A stretch of 64,000 nucleotides of DNA from Stegostoma tigrinum (taxonomy: Eukaryota), in assembly GCF_030684315.1 (NCBI RefSeq), contig NC_081366.1, positions 36,370,078 through 36,434,077 on the forward strand, written 5' to 3'. Position 1 is the stretch's first letter. Each line of letters begins with the position of its first letter. Positions 35,566 through 49,269 of the stretch are shown here, piece by piece. The position numbers were made by a program, and so were the translations under genes. A model generated the notes under the pieces. That model was not told the origin of the DNA. It worked only from the letters and a program-made list of their open reading frames with translations, and made no database searches.

Positions 35566-36999
35566 TTGCCTGTTGCTAAATGTGTGTCTTGCCATGGGCA
35601 TTCTCCCATTCTATCTTCAGTTTCTGTGCAGGGTTTCCTGTTCCATGGTTCATTGCCTAGATATGCCTCAAACTGTCATTTGCCAGTTTCTACCACTACT
35701 GGGCTTCACTTCAGGTATTTCCAACACCATTGGTTTTGGATCACTAGACTGGTCTTGTGGCATACTATGATTGGCTGTGTCAGGGTCTTACTGTCTGTCT
35801 GGAGTTCTGTGGGTCATGACACTATTGCTGCTATGTAGTGGGGTCTACACTTTTGTATGTGAAAAGTAACAGGCTTTATTGATCATAATTAATTACAAAC
35901 AGATAATGGAGTCCTACATGCCCAGGTCCAAATCTATGTAATCTGACTTGACTATGACCTGATTGCTTTCGCTCATGCCCAGTAGCTTTTCCAGAGTAAC
36001 AGTACAGTTCCAGCTGTACCACAGTTATCACTTGAGGCTAAAATTTCAAAGAATTCATCAAGAAATCCAATAGGGCATTCAGAATAAACTGTTTGTCCAA
36101 AGAGTGGTAAGAATTTAGAACTTGCTACAACAAGCTGTGGTTGAAGTGAACAACAAAGGTGCATTTAATGGAAAGTAAATCAAGTATTTGAGGGAAAAGG
36201 GTGGATTTAGGTGAAAACCAATGGGAACAATATTCAAGTGCAGGCTGAACACTGGAGTCAACTCGTTGAGCTTAAATGACTCATTTCTGTGCTGTATAAT
36301 GTATAATGTAGTTACCTCCCACCCCGGTAGCTCGTTATTTATTTGAACTGAAAAAGAATCCTTCAGAATATGTACAGCCAATTCCACTCAATAGAATTGT
36401 GTATGAGGGGACTTGGTTATTTGAAAATGAAACTAAGCCTTTGTCACTTTATCCCGTCATTTGCAGGTCCTCTGTTAGTAACACTGATAGATACACGTTC
36501 TCTTGGAGCTTACCGATTGAGAGTCTGGACCATTGTTTTGGGGATCATCAGGAATCGGCACAACGTTCGGTTGGCTCTTTATAAAGTGCGATGAAGTATT
36601 CTTTTCAACATGTGTTCATGCAAACGTTGAGTGCACCTGCCTAATGTCAACAAGACGAGAAAATGTCGTTATAATGTGAATTGTACTGAAAATAATAATC
36701 GGTCCTTCTAACTCCCCAGGAATAAAAAGTGTATCTTTAGTGGAGTATCCTCGCTGGTTCTAGTGTGTTATTCACGGTTGTTTGTCGTTCGTGAATGCGA
36801 GGATGTTAGTGCAAAGGTGCCTTTCTTCCCATCTCTGGGAGAGGACAATGCCCCATTCACTTGTACATCATTGGTACAAATCTCCAACAGTGCACTTCAT
36901 TCGCGCCCTGAATCCTGAGAAATGGCTTCTCAGACCTCAGCTTTGCATCAGTTTTCTGCTGATGCTCTCACCGCCTGTTCCAGCAACACTGCAATGCTA

Positions 37000-37152
37000 T
37001 TTGCTGCGCGCTTGATTTCCGGAAAGGCGGTCCCCTTGTTCGGTCAGATATTTATGCTAATCACGCGGAGCTCTGCGCTTTTTAATCCACGCCCAAGCAG
37101 TGCAGATAGAGAATTGTATCTGAATCTTTCCTAGAGTGGGACAAAGATAAAG
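37000..37152 (+). promoter_or_regulatory. Probable beta-thymosin promoter and non-coding exon 1
   Basis: CpG-richer stretch, TATA-like ttttaa near 37081, and strong donor AAG|GTAAGT at 37152/37153. Vertebrate beta-thymosin genes have a non-coding exon 1. Confidence 0.6.
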
Positions 37153-37940
37153 GTAAGTGATACTCCTACGATCGCTTTTTAAAACAAAAAAACTCATTCC
37201 TTCACATTTGGATACCAGAACATTCAAATATTTTATGATTTTGTAAATATTTGGATTTAAGATCTGTTATGTTCGCGATTTTAGCAGGTTTGCTGAGCAA
37301 TCATATCCTTTATTAAAATTAATAACAGATGAAGGCGTTAGTTTATTTAGACCAAGGCTGGATAAATCTTCGTGACGAATCGTTGAAGGGTTGAAAATCA
37401 AATAAAATTGCAAATATTGGCAATTTAGGTTCTTAGAACAATACTATTTAATTTCAAATTCTGGGTATTGGAATGTTTCATTGTTACACTTTTCATTTCT
37501 AATCAGAGTTATATGAAAAGCGACCTTCTAAACCCCTTAAATTCTATTTTCGAAAACAATAACAGCAAAAGTCTGTGCCTGAATTAATGCAGGGCGGCTC
37601 CCATTGACAACAATGCTAAACAGAGGAATGTAGGATTAGCGTGATCTTAATCCAATTTTAGGAAGGACGTAAATTCCAAAAAAAGCCAAATGAAAGGACA
37701 TTAGCAAAACATAATTTTTAAGTTTATGTTTTTATGCAAGGCTGCTAAATCCTAGTAGTTTTCGTTGCAGTTTTATTTTGTACTTGATTGATCATTCATA
37801 TGATGGTCACTTTTGCTGATTTCTGTACAAAAGGACCATATTGTTCGTCGATCAGACTCTGTTCTAGTGTGTTCTGTACGCAACAGAAAGGAATAAGTGA
37901 CTTTATATGCCGCATTGCTCTGTACAGTCTTTGATAGTGA

Positions 37941-38383
<443 letters not shown>

Positions 38384-38684
38384 ATGTGAAATGGAGGAGA
38401 TGCAACTTGTTTTTTTTTAAGTTGACTGGTTTTTGTTTCAAAACCCTTACTGCTAACTGACTCGCGGATGGGACTCTGTTATAGCATACTGTCCACTCCC
38501 AAGATGGGGACTACTCCCTGTAGTGCACCAAGGGACCAACTTATTAATATAATGGTGTTTGGACCATACAGTGAAAGGAAACAATGTATCTGCACACTAA
38601 ATATTTGAAGTCAGTTTCATTTTATTTATGTATTTAAAATCCATCTTTCCATGGACACTTCTATGCTTAACATGTTACAAATCT

Positions 38685-38690
38685 AATAAA
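38685..38690 (+). terminator. Polyadenylation signal of beta-thymosin
   Basis: AATAAA about 300 nt after the stop, followed by GT/T-rich sequence and preceded by an AU-rich element near 38620-38638. Confidence 0.65.
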
Positions 38691-39769
38691 AACCAATGAA
38701 ATAACCAAATGTGTGGAATAGTTTAGATTTTTTCTTGTCCTTCCGCACTCCAAAGATATTGTTGCAGGTAATTGGCAAAATCCATGGGGTTTCTTTCCAT
38801 ATATCATGCATTTAATAAATGTTTCCCTATCTTTTGATACACTGATTAAATGAACATTGTAGTTTCTTATTGTGTTTCTTTCTAAGAGACTTGTACAAAC
38901 CTGTTTAAAAGAGATGAAACAACTATTAAGTGGCTGGGGAAAGAAGAGTTATTTTGCAATGTTTAATTGCATTTGCAATTAATTAATGCTTTGTTAATAT
39001 ATAATGAAAATGGTGTTTGGTGGTCCTCTTCATCAGTAATGATCCTGCAATGTATTGGAAGATCTATTCCGGCTCCTAAATGAGCGGTCATTGTTTAAAA
39101 CAGTCACTGTAAACATAGTTCAAATGTATCTGTCTGTTTAGGAATTCTCTTTTGTGCAATATAAAACATTATTGAAACTGTGATTTCATTAAGAGTAGTC
39201 ATATGTGATAGCTTTAAATTGTTTAATTCAAGATTATAGCTCTGGCCTGCCTACAGCCTTCAACAGATCATTGTAACATAATGTGCAATGGTTACATGAT
39301 TTGTGGATTTTGTTTCCAAATCATAAAGACTGTTTAAAATTTTATTTTGTCCAGCGGACACCAGGATTTAAAAATGGATGCTTCCTGTAGAATTGCACAT
39401 TTTTGTTCCAATCAACTATTTTGTAAATTGAAAAGATTGCAATGAAAATAAGCTTACATTTTATGTTTTATTGGAGTTATAATTCAATTTTTACCCCAAA
39501 ATCTAATGTCATTCACTATCAATAAAGTGAGGTCAGGCAACCTGTTCCCAGCCATTTGTAAGACAATGAATATTTTGTTTTGTCCTTCCTTTTGGAGGAA
39601 CAATCTCAAATTATACAGTGAAAATATTATTAATTTTGTGTCCTGTTTTCATATTGAAAAATCTAATGACTTCAATATATTTTGGTGTTCAATGTAGTTA
39701 TCCTTTCATATTATAGTGAGAAGCAATGCTTAGGTTCTTGACAGCTTGTAAAACATGGTTGCAGTATTG

Positions 39770-40757
39770 CCAGACCATCAATGACCTCATCCATTCGGAT
39801 TTCCCGTCCACAGTCTCCAACCTGATGGTTCCTCAACACCTTACCACCATTTTTTTTCTCTCACCTTCTGTCATTTTCACCACCTGTAATCAGACACCAT
39901 CACCAGAAAGATATTTTCTTCCCCCACCCCTATCTGCTTTCCATAGGGACTGCTCACTCTGAAACACCGTCGTCACCTACACAGTCCCCACCAATCTTTC
40001 CACCACACCTGGCATCTTTCTCTGCAACCACAGAAAGTGCTGCACCTGCCCCTATTCCTCCTCCCTCACCTCTGTCGAAGGCTCCAAACAATCATTCCAA
40101 ACACAACAGAGATTCACCTATACATCTTCCAACCTGGTCTATTGCATCCATTGCTCCGGATGTGCTCTCTCCTTTGTGGGAGAGACCAAGCGCAGACTCG
40201 GTGGTTGATTCATGGAGCATCTGCACTCTGTACGCTCCAATCAACACCACCTTCTGGTTGCCATCCCTTCAACTCCCCCTCCCACTCGCTTGGTGACATG
40301 TCGATCCTGGGCCTCCTCCACTGTCAAAATGAAGCCACACTTAAACTGGAGAAACAACTTATATTCCATGTCGGGAGCTTACAGCCCAATGTTCATCAGC
40401 TTCAAAATCTCCCCATCCCAGTCTCATCCTACGTCCAGGCCTGTCTCTAATCACCGCCTTGTTGACCTGACACAACCTGTCTATCTGCCCTCTCACCTAT
40501 CCGCCCCACCCTTGCCACTGACCAATCTCCACAATCCCGTACCTGATTCCACCTGTCAACATCCCACCGACCTTTTCCCCAGCCCCACCGTCGTTCCGTT
40601 ATTTATTTGACTCCCCTTCTCCCTCCCCAGTCCTGTAAAGGGTCCAGACCCAAAACGTCGATTTTCTTGCTGCTCCGATGCTGTCTGACGTGCTGTGTTT
40701 CACCAGGGTCACATTTTATCGACTCTGACTTCCGGCATCTGCAGCCCTTACTATCTG
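39770..40757 (+). mobile_element. Older Neptune-type Penelope-like element, decayed
   Basis: Colinear similarity to 3066-4020 (CNHRKC, LVYCIHCSGC GIY-YIG remnant). Decayed hammerhead near 40633-40660. Confidence 0.85.
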
Positions 40758-43129
40758 CACGTATGCAGTATTGTCTGGCTTAGCTCTAGAAATACCACAA
40801 ATAACCTAAAATCCCCAAATTAGGGGTGAATTGCGAATGTCCTGCTCGTGTATATATATATATATGGACGTCAGAAAGAAGTAAATTGGTCTTAGGTGGA
40901 TGACCCTCCTGCCTCCTCACAGTTAAATGCCGAGGCTAATACATAAAAATGAGTTAGAAGATGTTTTCTGCAACAACCTGTGGAAGTTATGCTGACCTAC
41001 ATGATAATTTTCAGGAGAAAGGAATTACGACAATTTGAGGGACAATGAGCAAGCTCAATAACAATTCAAGTACATAATACCTTTGCAGATTGCGTGATTT
41101 AATTTTTATTACATTTACACAAGAATGTAAGACTTGTTCCATTAAATTATTTTGTTAATTTTCATTATATCTTTCAAATACGTGACATGCCTCCCCCTTC
41201 TATTTATAAGGCGGCAATAGTTATGTTCTAATAAAACAGACTCTGAGCAGTGTTTTATATCGGGTGAAATTGTGTTGTATGATGTCTTCTTCAAAGCTGG
41301 ACTTTCAGAATGCCTTATTTCTGATGACGTATATAAATTTCATGGGAACCGGGAGAGACTCTCTAGATACAATAGCCCTCTGAATTGTGGCGTGGTTGGC
41401 GGAGGTTTTCTTTTTACGTTCATGTTTTCTGTTCATTTTTGAAAACTGCTAGCGCACAATTAGTTCTAGGCCAACAGATTCTTTACACACTCAAGGATAA
41501 TCACATCTTTCCGTATTCATGCATTAAAAAAAAAACAAAAGACAGGTCTTTCCAGTTTCTAGAATTGAAATATTGAAGGGTTTTAATTGCACAACTTAGA
41601 ATATATAAAATCCAAATGAGGATCACATCTTTGCCCAACAAAAAAAACTACTTGATTTTCAGATGTGTGCGTAAACAGCAGCAATGTCCGTTGTAGAAAA
41701 AAATGTTTTCAATGTATGAAACACTTCCAAAATACAATGCATGGTTTTCCTGCCATAAAAATATCGAGGTGCGGAGCGTTCAAGATTTCCTTAGGGAACA
41801 ATAGTATCTCAATGACAAAAACATGGGCTGGGACACTTGGAGGGTCTGGAAACAGATCCGGTATCTTCCATATCGAGTATCACATTTATTATGTATATAG
41901 AAAGGGTCCCGATTAGACAATGACAGTCAGCTAACAGATGGGCAATTGATTTTGGAACACTCTGAGCTTGGAACAGCTGGCACCACCGTGGAACAGAGGA
42001 GAGAATTCTTAAGTCTTTGTTGAAGGAGATACACATTTGTGAAGAAATCAGTCTGACATAATGCCAATAATGCTAATAACCACTCTGTTGCTGGACATTA
42101 TTTAATAAATTACTGATAGCTTTCTTCATCGATTTATATATGAGGTAAACCCCCTTTTTAAAAAAAGAAATGCAATTGAGTGTCTGTGCAATTTTAGGTG
42201 AACAATTTGGTTATATCCAGAGTCCACTTGGATGATATACATGTTGGTCTGTTTCCGTGCTGTGCACTGTGCTGGCCGTCACATTGTGTCTGGAAAAACA
42301 GTCAGCTGATTCCATCGATGTCTGCACCACACCGACAGCATTTTTAGTTGGTCCCAGCGAAATCAGATTGTTGAATTAGTTTCGAGGTGGAAGAGAAGCA
42401 ACAACTCAAGGTGTCACTTAGAATCCGGAAAATGGTTATTTTCAGGAATTTCTCACCATGGTATTTTTGTTTATTAGTATCTACAGTTCTTTGATGAATT
42501 AAGTTCTTAATCGTATTGTAATTCTATCATTTTCAGTATCGTGATCTCATTAACTATATCTCTGCTTGACAACTGTTACAATGTGTAATTTACTTTTTTT
42601 AGGGATTTGTGTTGTTTCTGTATTATCTGACAGCAAAAGATGGAATACAGCTCCCAACAGTTCTTTCATAATTTGAGATTTTTCTCCTTGAATCCAAAGG
42701 GCACAAACTTGAATAAAACTCAGTGTCCAATTTTTTTTAGACATTCGTCACCAATTTTGCTCGGTGCACATTAAGCATGATTGAGCACTGTTATCATCTG
42801 TCATAACTGACGATTAGTCCAACGTTATCCTGAATTGCAAAGTAACTCAGTGCTTATTTTCCTTATTACCAGAGGTCTCCTTAAATCTCTCTGCTTCACC
42901 ACTACACCCTCATCTTAAACAAAGTACTCAATACATTTTTTGATAAAGAATAACTTTCCATGCTTAAGGACATATTCGTTGTTGCATTGTTGTATTTTAC
43001 TAGCTGGCTTTGACAATGTGAACTCCATGAATTCCTGTGCTAGAATTCACTGCCAAAAGGATACAGATAAGGAATCCATTGTCATCTTCCAAAGGGATGG
43101 ATAGGTGCCAAGATTTTAATACATCTTCA

Positions 43130-43325
43130 AAAACAGAAATTGCTGGAAAGGTTCAGCAGGTCTAGCAGCATCTGTGGAAAGAAATCAGAGGTAACATTTT
43201 TGGTTGAGTGATCCTCAGAACGTTAACTTAGATTTCTTTCCACAGATGCTGCTAGACCTGCTGAACCTTTCCAGCAATGTCTTTTTTTTTTATTTCTGAT
43301 TTATAGCATCTGTAGTTCTTAGGTT
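43130..43325. mobile_element. Short fold-back Penelope-like tail (family C)
   Basis: About 48-bp inverted arms 43139-43187 and 43231-43278 with a decayed hammerhead remnant in the spacer. Confidence 0.7.
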
Positions 43326-44156
43326 TTTTTAAACACATCCTTGCAACTTAGTATTGTTCAACACACCCTGTCCCAATATAATATTGTCTGGAAATACTCC
43401 ATTGCCAAATGAGCCAGGCCTGTGAAAACTCTGATATGTAACCGCAATCCTTGACTCTAAGCTCTTAGTGACACTTGTCTCAAAATGTCAGTAATTCCCA
43501 GGGATGGTAGAAGCCAAGGGCAGAAATGTTTTATTTAAAAAGTGAGGTGGGGGTGGGGTGAGGGGACAGGGTTTTAAGTTCTGCTAAATTAAGAGCTAAA
43601 GATAACAAAAAAACCTTTTTTTATTGGACTAACAGCCTCTAATAATTTGACTATGACACTCAACTTGATATTTCGCTTTACTGTATTTTGATATTACCAA
43701 CCACTTCAATCATCACCAAGTGGAACCCATGGAGGACAAGTTCAAGCAGCAGAATCCAGAGCATCCCACTTATCCACCTCATCAAACCTGTGGCAGAGAC
43801 TGTGGCTCTAGGACTGAATGATTCAGCCACAGCAGGACCCACCCACCCTCACCCCCTTGCCCAGAGTGGAAGTAAGTCATCCTTGACTTTAAGGGACTGC
43901 CAGAGAAGAAAGAGTTTTCATATTATGGTGACAGTGTGGTGTGGTGTAAATCAAAGGTGAGCACCTTTTAATTCACATAATGGGGATCCTTTTATCAGAT
44001 ATATATTCCTTTATACAGAATAGCATAAATGACTTTGTATACAAAATGATAGCACATTTCACGTTGGATCATCTTAACTTGAAGGAAAGGATACATAAAC
44101 TATTGGCATCAAGCTCAACACAATGTCATTTTCAAAGTTAGTGAAGGGCTTTAGTT

Positions 44157-44752
44157 TGTCGATATACTATGGCTTTAAGGGGTATATTTTATGGTTTGTT
44201 TTATGAAGAAAGGTTGAGACAGAGGTAGCGAGTGGTCTTTCAAGCCAATTAACAGCTTGTGAGCCTTTAGGTATTTTTTTGAGTTGTAACAATAGAGGCA
44301 GCGTGAATGGGTGGGAGCAAGCTCCCACAGCAGCAGAATTTTAGTCTAACTTTCAACTTTAGCAGATGGAGTTTGAAAGCTGCTGTACATCTCTCTATGC
44401 TACAGCAAAACACTTGAGTTCTGTCTATCTATCAGAGATTTTTCTTGATTATCTTTCCTCCTAGACTGGAGAATTGCATGTGAGATAATCCATTATACTG
44501 AATTTATCTTTGCCAAGGGTATAGTTATGGGTTATTACTATATTGGAACAGTTACTGTTTAGAAGTTAAATAATCTATTATCTGTCAAGTTTTCCATAGA
44601 GTTGTTACTCCAATTTTCCTTTCTTTTGTTTGTGTTTTAACTATAGTGTAAGAATAAAGCGTGCTTTGCTTCAGGCTGGTACACTTGCCTTTAAAGATGG
44701 GGTCCAGACAATCTTCCTAATATTTCAAGGGGGTTTAGTCTGGTCCATAACA
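44157..44752 (+). mobile_element. Probable solo LTR
   Basis: TG…CA ends, AATAAA near 44653, flanks agtt/aatt. Confidence 0.5.
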
Positions 44753-45899
44753 AATTGCAAAACAGAATTTTTCTCTAGTTAGCAAACATTTTAAAAACAC
44801 ATTTATTTAAATTTCCAGTCATGGATGCAGTATTTGTTAGGCAGTTGTTTCAGTCCTGATGAAGATTGGTGTTCTTCATTCCCTCAATGGCCTATTAGAT
44901 AAAGGCACTATGTGTTTCAGCATTTAGTTATACTGATTAGAAAAGTCTCCATTTTTAACCCTGCACTTGTAGGCATAAAACAATCAATACTGCAACATAT
45001 TCACTGAGGGCATGGTCCCTTTAGTGAAACAAAATGTGTCAGTAGTCCTCAGTACATTCAGTGTTGAATGCCTAATGATTTTTAATTATTTGAGTAAGTG
45101 TTACTTATATGGGATGGCCTCATTTGAGACAGCAGAATTATTTAATGAATGAACATTGTGTCCCATGGTCTTTTGCAATACAGCTTCAGATTCATTAACT
45201 ATCTGTGCAAAATGCATTCTGGAAGACTGCCAAGTCATTTGATCCACAGTCAATACTTTAAACCAGGTTATCATGGTTTTGACATATATTTCAACTTGCA
45301 AAACTAAACATTATTCATTATAGAGAGTGTTTATTTTCCCTGATACTTTCCTTTTATAATGCGTGCATCGATAAAATAATACGAGAAAAGAGAATCAAAT
45401 GAGGTTAAAGAGATGAGGCAAATGAGAACATAACAAAATAAGTTTCATGCTGTTCTGTTAATAACAAATTGCAAACAGAGGCAAATTCTGTCTTCCTTCT
45501 TCTAAAGATAAATTTAACTATGGACAAATTGGGAGTGATAGACAATTAAACATATTTATGTTTGTGCATGATACCTGTTTGCTCATCTTCCACTGCCACT
45601 TGTTGATTGTTTTGTCAAAATATTTCAGTCAATTGTTTTCAATTGTTAACAAAAGGGAAGTCTAAAAAGCCCCTCAATTTATGTTCAAAAGTTTAAATTT
45701 TTGGGAACTCCGTTCTATAAATTGCTTTTATATTAGAAGAACTGTTGACCTTTCTTTATTTACAGCTGGTCAGTTCATTTCTGGAGTGAACTGCCAGGTC
45801 AGCAACCCATTTTAAAAACAAATATATAAAGTTTAATTCTTGATCAGCTGGAGAAACAAAGAAGCTAGAACAGAAAGGAAACAGAAAACAGGAAGTGAC

Positions 45900-48515
45900 A
45901 AGCAAAATGCCAAGGGATCTGCATAAGTTAGTAAGCTGACCTGATGAATGGAAAACTAAATTTAACTATGGACAAATGAAAAGTAATGAGTTTGAAGAAG
46001 GGAAATAAGCAGTAGTATAATATATATAATAATAGCTCTAACTGCAATTTAAAATGGATGTGGGGATACCAAAGAAGTACTGAAAGATGACGAGTTACTG
46101 AAATGTGTCCAGAAGAATTTTATAGATGAAAATGTTTTGATCCAATGAGGAAAGAGGTATTGTGAGATCTAGTTCTCAGAATTTGAGTTATGGTTAATTG
46201 GATTAAATAACAGTATGGGAACATTAAGGGATGGATATTATAAAATCATAACATGTAATTTAGCCACAGAAGGGACAAAAATCAATCTAGACTGAAAATT
46301 AGGGAAGTGCCAATTTCAGTGGCGTAAGAATGAATATGAAAAGGCAAATTGAAAGCAATGATTGTCAAGCAAAACCAGAGTGAAACAATGGGCTATCGTT
46401 AAAGAGGAAATGATTAGGTATAATTAAGATACATTTCCTACGCGGGAAAGTCACGACGAACAAATCTGGAGTTCCCTCACTGACGAAAGAAACAGAGAGT
46501 AAGATGAAACTGATATAGGGATCATATGATAGATGTTAACTTTATTACATAAGTGAGAAGCTGATGTAAAAATGTAAAAAGAAATAAGAGAAACAAACAG
46601 AGAACCTGAGCAAAGACATGCAGCTATAATAAAAGGGCATCAAAAATCTTCAATGGGTATATGAATTGTAAAAGTGTCACAAAAATAAAAGAGGCTAATT
46701 TGAGCTCAAAGAGGGGATTTCACATTATGACAGAGGGTTTAACTGAGGTATTAAATAGCAACCTTATCTGTCTTTGTCAAGGAAGAAGCTGTTGACTGAG
46801 GTGTAGTAAAGAGGAGGTAACTGAAACACTAGATGGGCTAAAAATAATAAAGTGAGACATTAGAAAGGCTATGGTGCTTAAAGTTGATAAATAAAGCACC
46901 AGATTAAATGTATTTGAAGATACTGAAGGCGTATGGTGGAAATTGTGGTGGCACTTTTCGTAATCTTCTGTGTTTTTTTGGTGACAGACTGGTGCCAGAA
47001 GATGAGAGAACTGCAAATGCCACAGGTTTGGAGGCGAGTTTGGGTTCTCAGTGGCATCTGCTTCCATTGGTAGGTGAAAGTTTGGGCCCAGTTTAAGACC
47101 CAGTGGCATCAGCAGTGGAATCAAGTTTGGGCCAGTTTGGTTGCATCTGTATTGGTGAGATCCGGCGAGGGCATTAGTGGAGGCGAGATGGCACTGAAGA
47201 GTGGAGAATTTCATGAAGAGTGGTAGTGATGTGGTGCAGGTGACTCATGTCTGGCCACCTGGCCCATGGCAGAGCATTTAATAAGAGGGACTGTAAACTT
47301 TCTTTATTTCTGCATGTTTTTTTCTTTTATATTCTAAATTTTGGTTTATTTTTCTTGTTTTAAGCTGGGGAGTGATGACACTATACAACACGTTTCACTG
47401 CATTTTGTAACAAGATACATGTGACAATAAATAAATCAAATCAAATCTCATACAGTTCCTTGAAAAAGGCTGTAAACATAAACATAGTAACAAAGAAGGA
47501 AAAGATTTTAGAGATTATAATCCAGGACAAAATTAATTATCACTTGGTCAATATATGATTAATTAAAGAAAGTCAACATAGATTTGTTAAAGGCAAATCA
47601 CTTTTAACAGAGAGGTTAATCAAGGTAATGCAGTTGATAGATTTTATAAAGGTATTTTATATAGCCATAAATAAATTTACGTGCTGAGTTAAAACACATG
47701 GAGTAAAAGCGATTGTTGTAGCATGAGGAAATTGAGTGGTGGTGAATTGTGATTTTTTTCAGCTTCAAGGAAGGTTTATAGTGGTGTTATCTGAGGGTCC
47801 ATATCACAGTCATTGTGTTTCTTGGTCTATACTAATGACCTAGACTTGAATATGCAAGACTCAATTACAAAATTTGCAGATGACACAAAACTTGGAAGTA
47901 TTATGAACCGCGAAGAGCACAGTGAAAAATTTCTAGGACAGGCTGGCTGTTTGAGTGGACAGACACGTGGCAGGTTAAACTTAAGTTAACGAAATATGGA
48001 CTGACAAAGATAGAATGAACTATGAAAATTGATATAAAATGACGGATCTAATTTTAACAGTGATGCATACACAAATTGCTGAAGGTGGCAGAGCAAACTG
48101 AGAAAGTATTAAAGCATAGAGGATTCTGGACTTTTTAAATAAATGCATAGAGTATAAAAGCAAGGATGATACAATGATCCTTTATAGAACATTGGTTAAG
48201 TTCTGGTTGGAGTATTATACTGCACTTTAGGAAGGATCTGAGAGAATTAGGGAATGTGTAGAAATGATTTTAGAGAATAGTTCCAGTGTAAAGAACTTTG
48301 GTTAGTTAATCGATTTACCAAATTGCTTGGGCCTGGAATGCGTAGCCTCAGTTTGTGGGAATTGGATAATTACCTGAATATAAAAAAAAGCAGGACTTTG
48401 GGGAAAGTGAATAAGTATAGGACCAGCGGAGCTGCTTTCGCAGAGAGCTGATGTGGAAATGACAGGCCAAATGGCCTCCTTCTGGCCTCTTATTCTGTAA
48501 CTATTCAATGATTCT
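45900..48515 (+). mobile_element. Heavily decayed CR1 LINE ORF2 with an internal insert (about 47020-47450)
   Basis: SQHRFVKGKS, TNDLD…KFADDTKL, ggccaaatggcctccttct tail. Confidence 0.8.
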
Positions 48516-48980
48516 GTATTTGCTCTAAATATCTCTGGTGTCTATAGTTAGAAAGACATAGTTTAATTAAGGGAGATATTTCTTTTTTTAAAATTCATTC
48601 ACAGGATGTGGATGTTGCTGGTTCGACCAGCATTTATTGTCCATCTAAATTGCCCAATGGACTGTTAAGAGTCAACCACATTTGCTGTGGATCTGAAGTA
48701 ACATGTATGCCAGACCAGGTAAGGATGGCAGATTTCCTTTCCCAAAAATAATTAGTGAACCTCTGGGTTTTTCCGAGAATCGACAATGATTTTTTTGGTC
48801 ATTACTTGACTTTGTATTCCAGAAATTCATGCTGCAAATGCATTTAACTTTCTCATATAGTGTATTGACAGGACTGCTACTAATGCTGAGAATGATTTTT
48901 TTTCAAATAATGAGACAAAAAGTATCATAATTATTTAGCAAAGGCTAAACAGCAATTAGTAATTGGTACCAAGGATTACC

Positions 48981-49256
48981 TAAGTCAACACCGATGCTCC
49001 AAAGAGCATTCCACCCAGACCCACCTCCACCCTATCCCTTAACCCTGTATTTCCCATGGTTAATCCACCTAGCTGCACATCCCTGGGCACTACGGGTAAC
49101 GTTGCATGGCCAATCCATCTAATCTGTACATATTTGGACTGTGTGAGGAAACCAGAGCAGCCAGAGTAAACTCCACACAGACAATTGCCCAAGGCTAGAA
49201 TCAAACCCGGTCCCTGGCACTGTGAGGCAGCAGTGCTAACCACTAAGCCACTGTGT
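48981..49256 (-). mobile_element. HE1/V-SINE-type SINE
   Basis: Reverse complement gtggcttagtggttagcactgctgcctcacagtgccagggaccgggtttgattc. Confidence 0.85.
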
Positions 49257-49269
49257 TGACATCTTTTTG

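Noticed and set aside
42320-42342. REST/NRSE-like tctgcacc…gacagc
   Set aside because: Both half-sites are mismatched and the spacing is non-canonical.
44855-44880. CTGATGA motif (also near 63261)
   Set aside because: No stem II or GAAA follows, so it is not a hammerhead.
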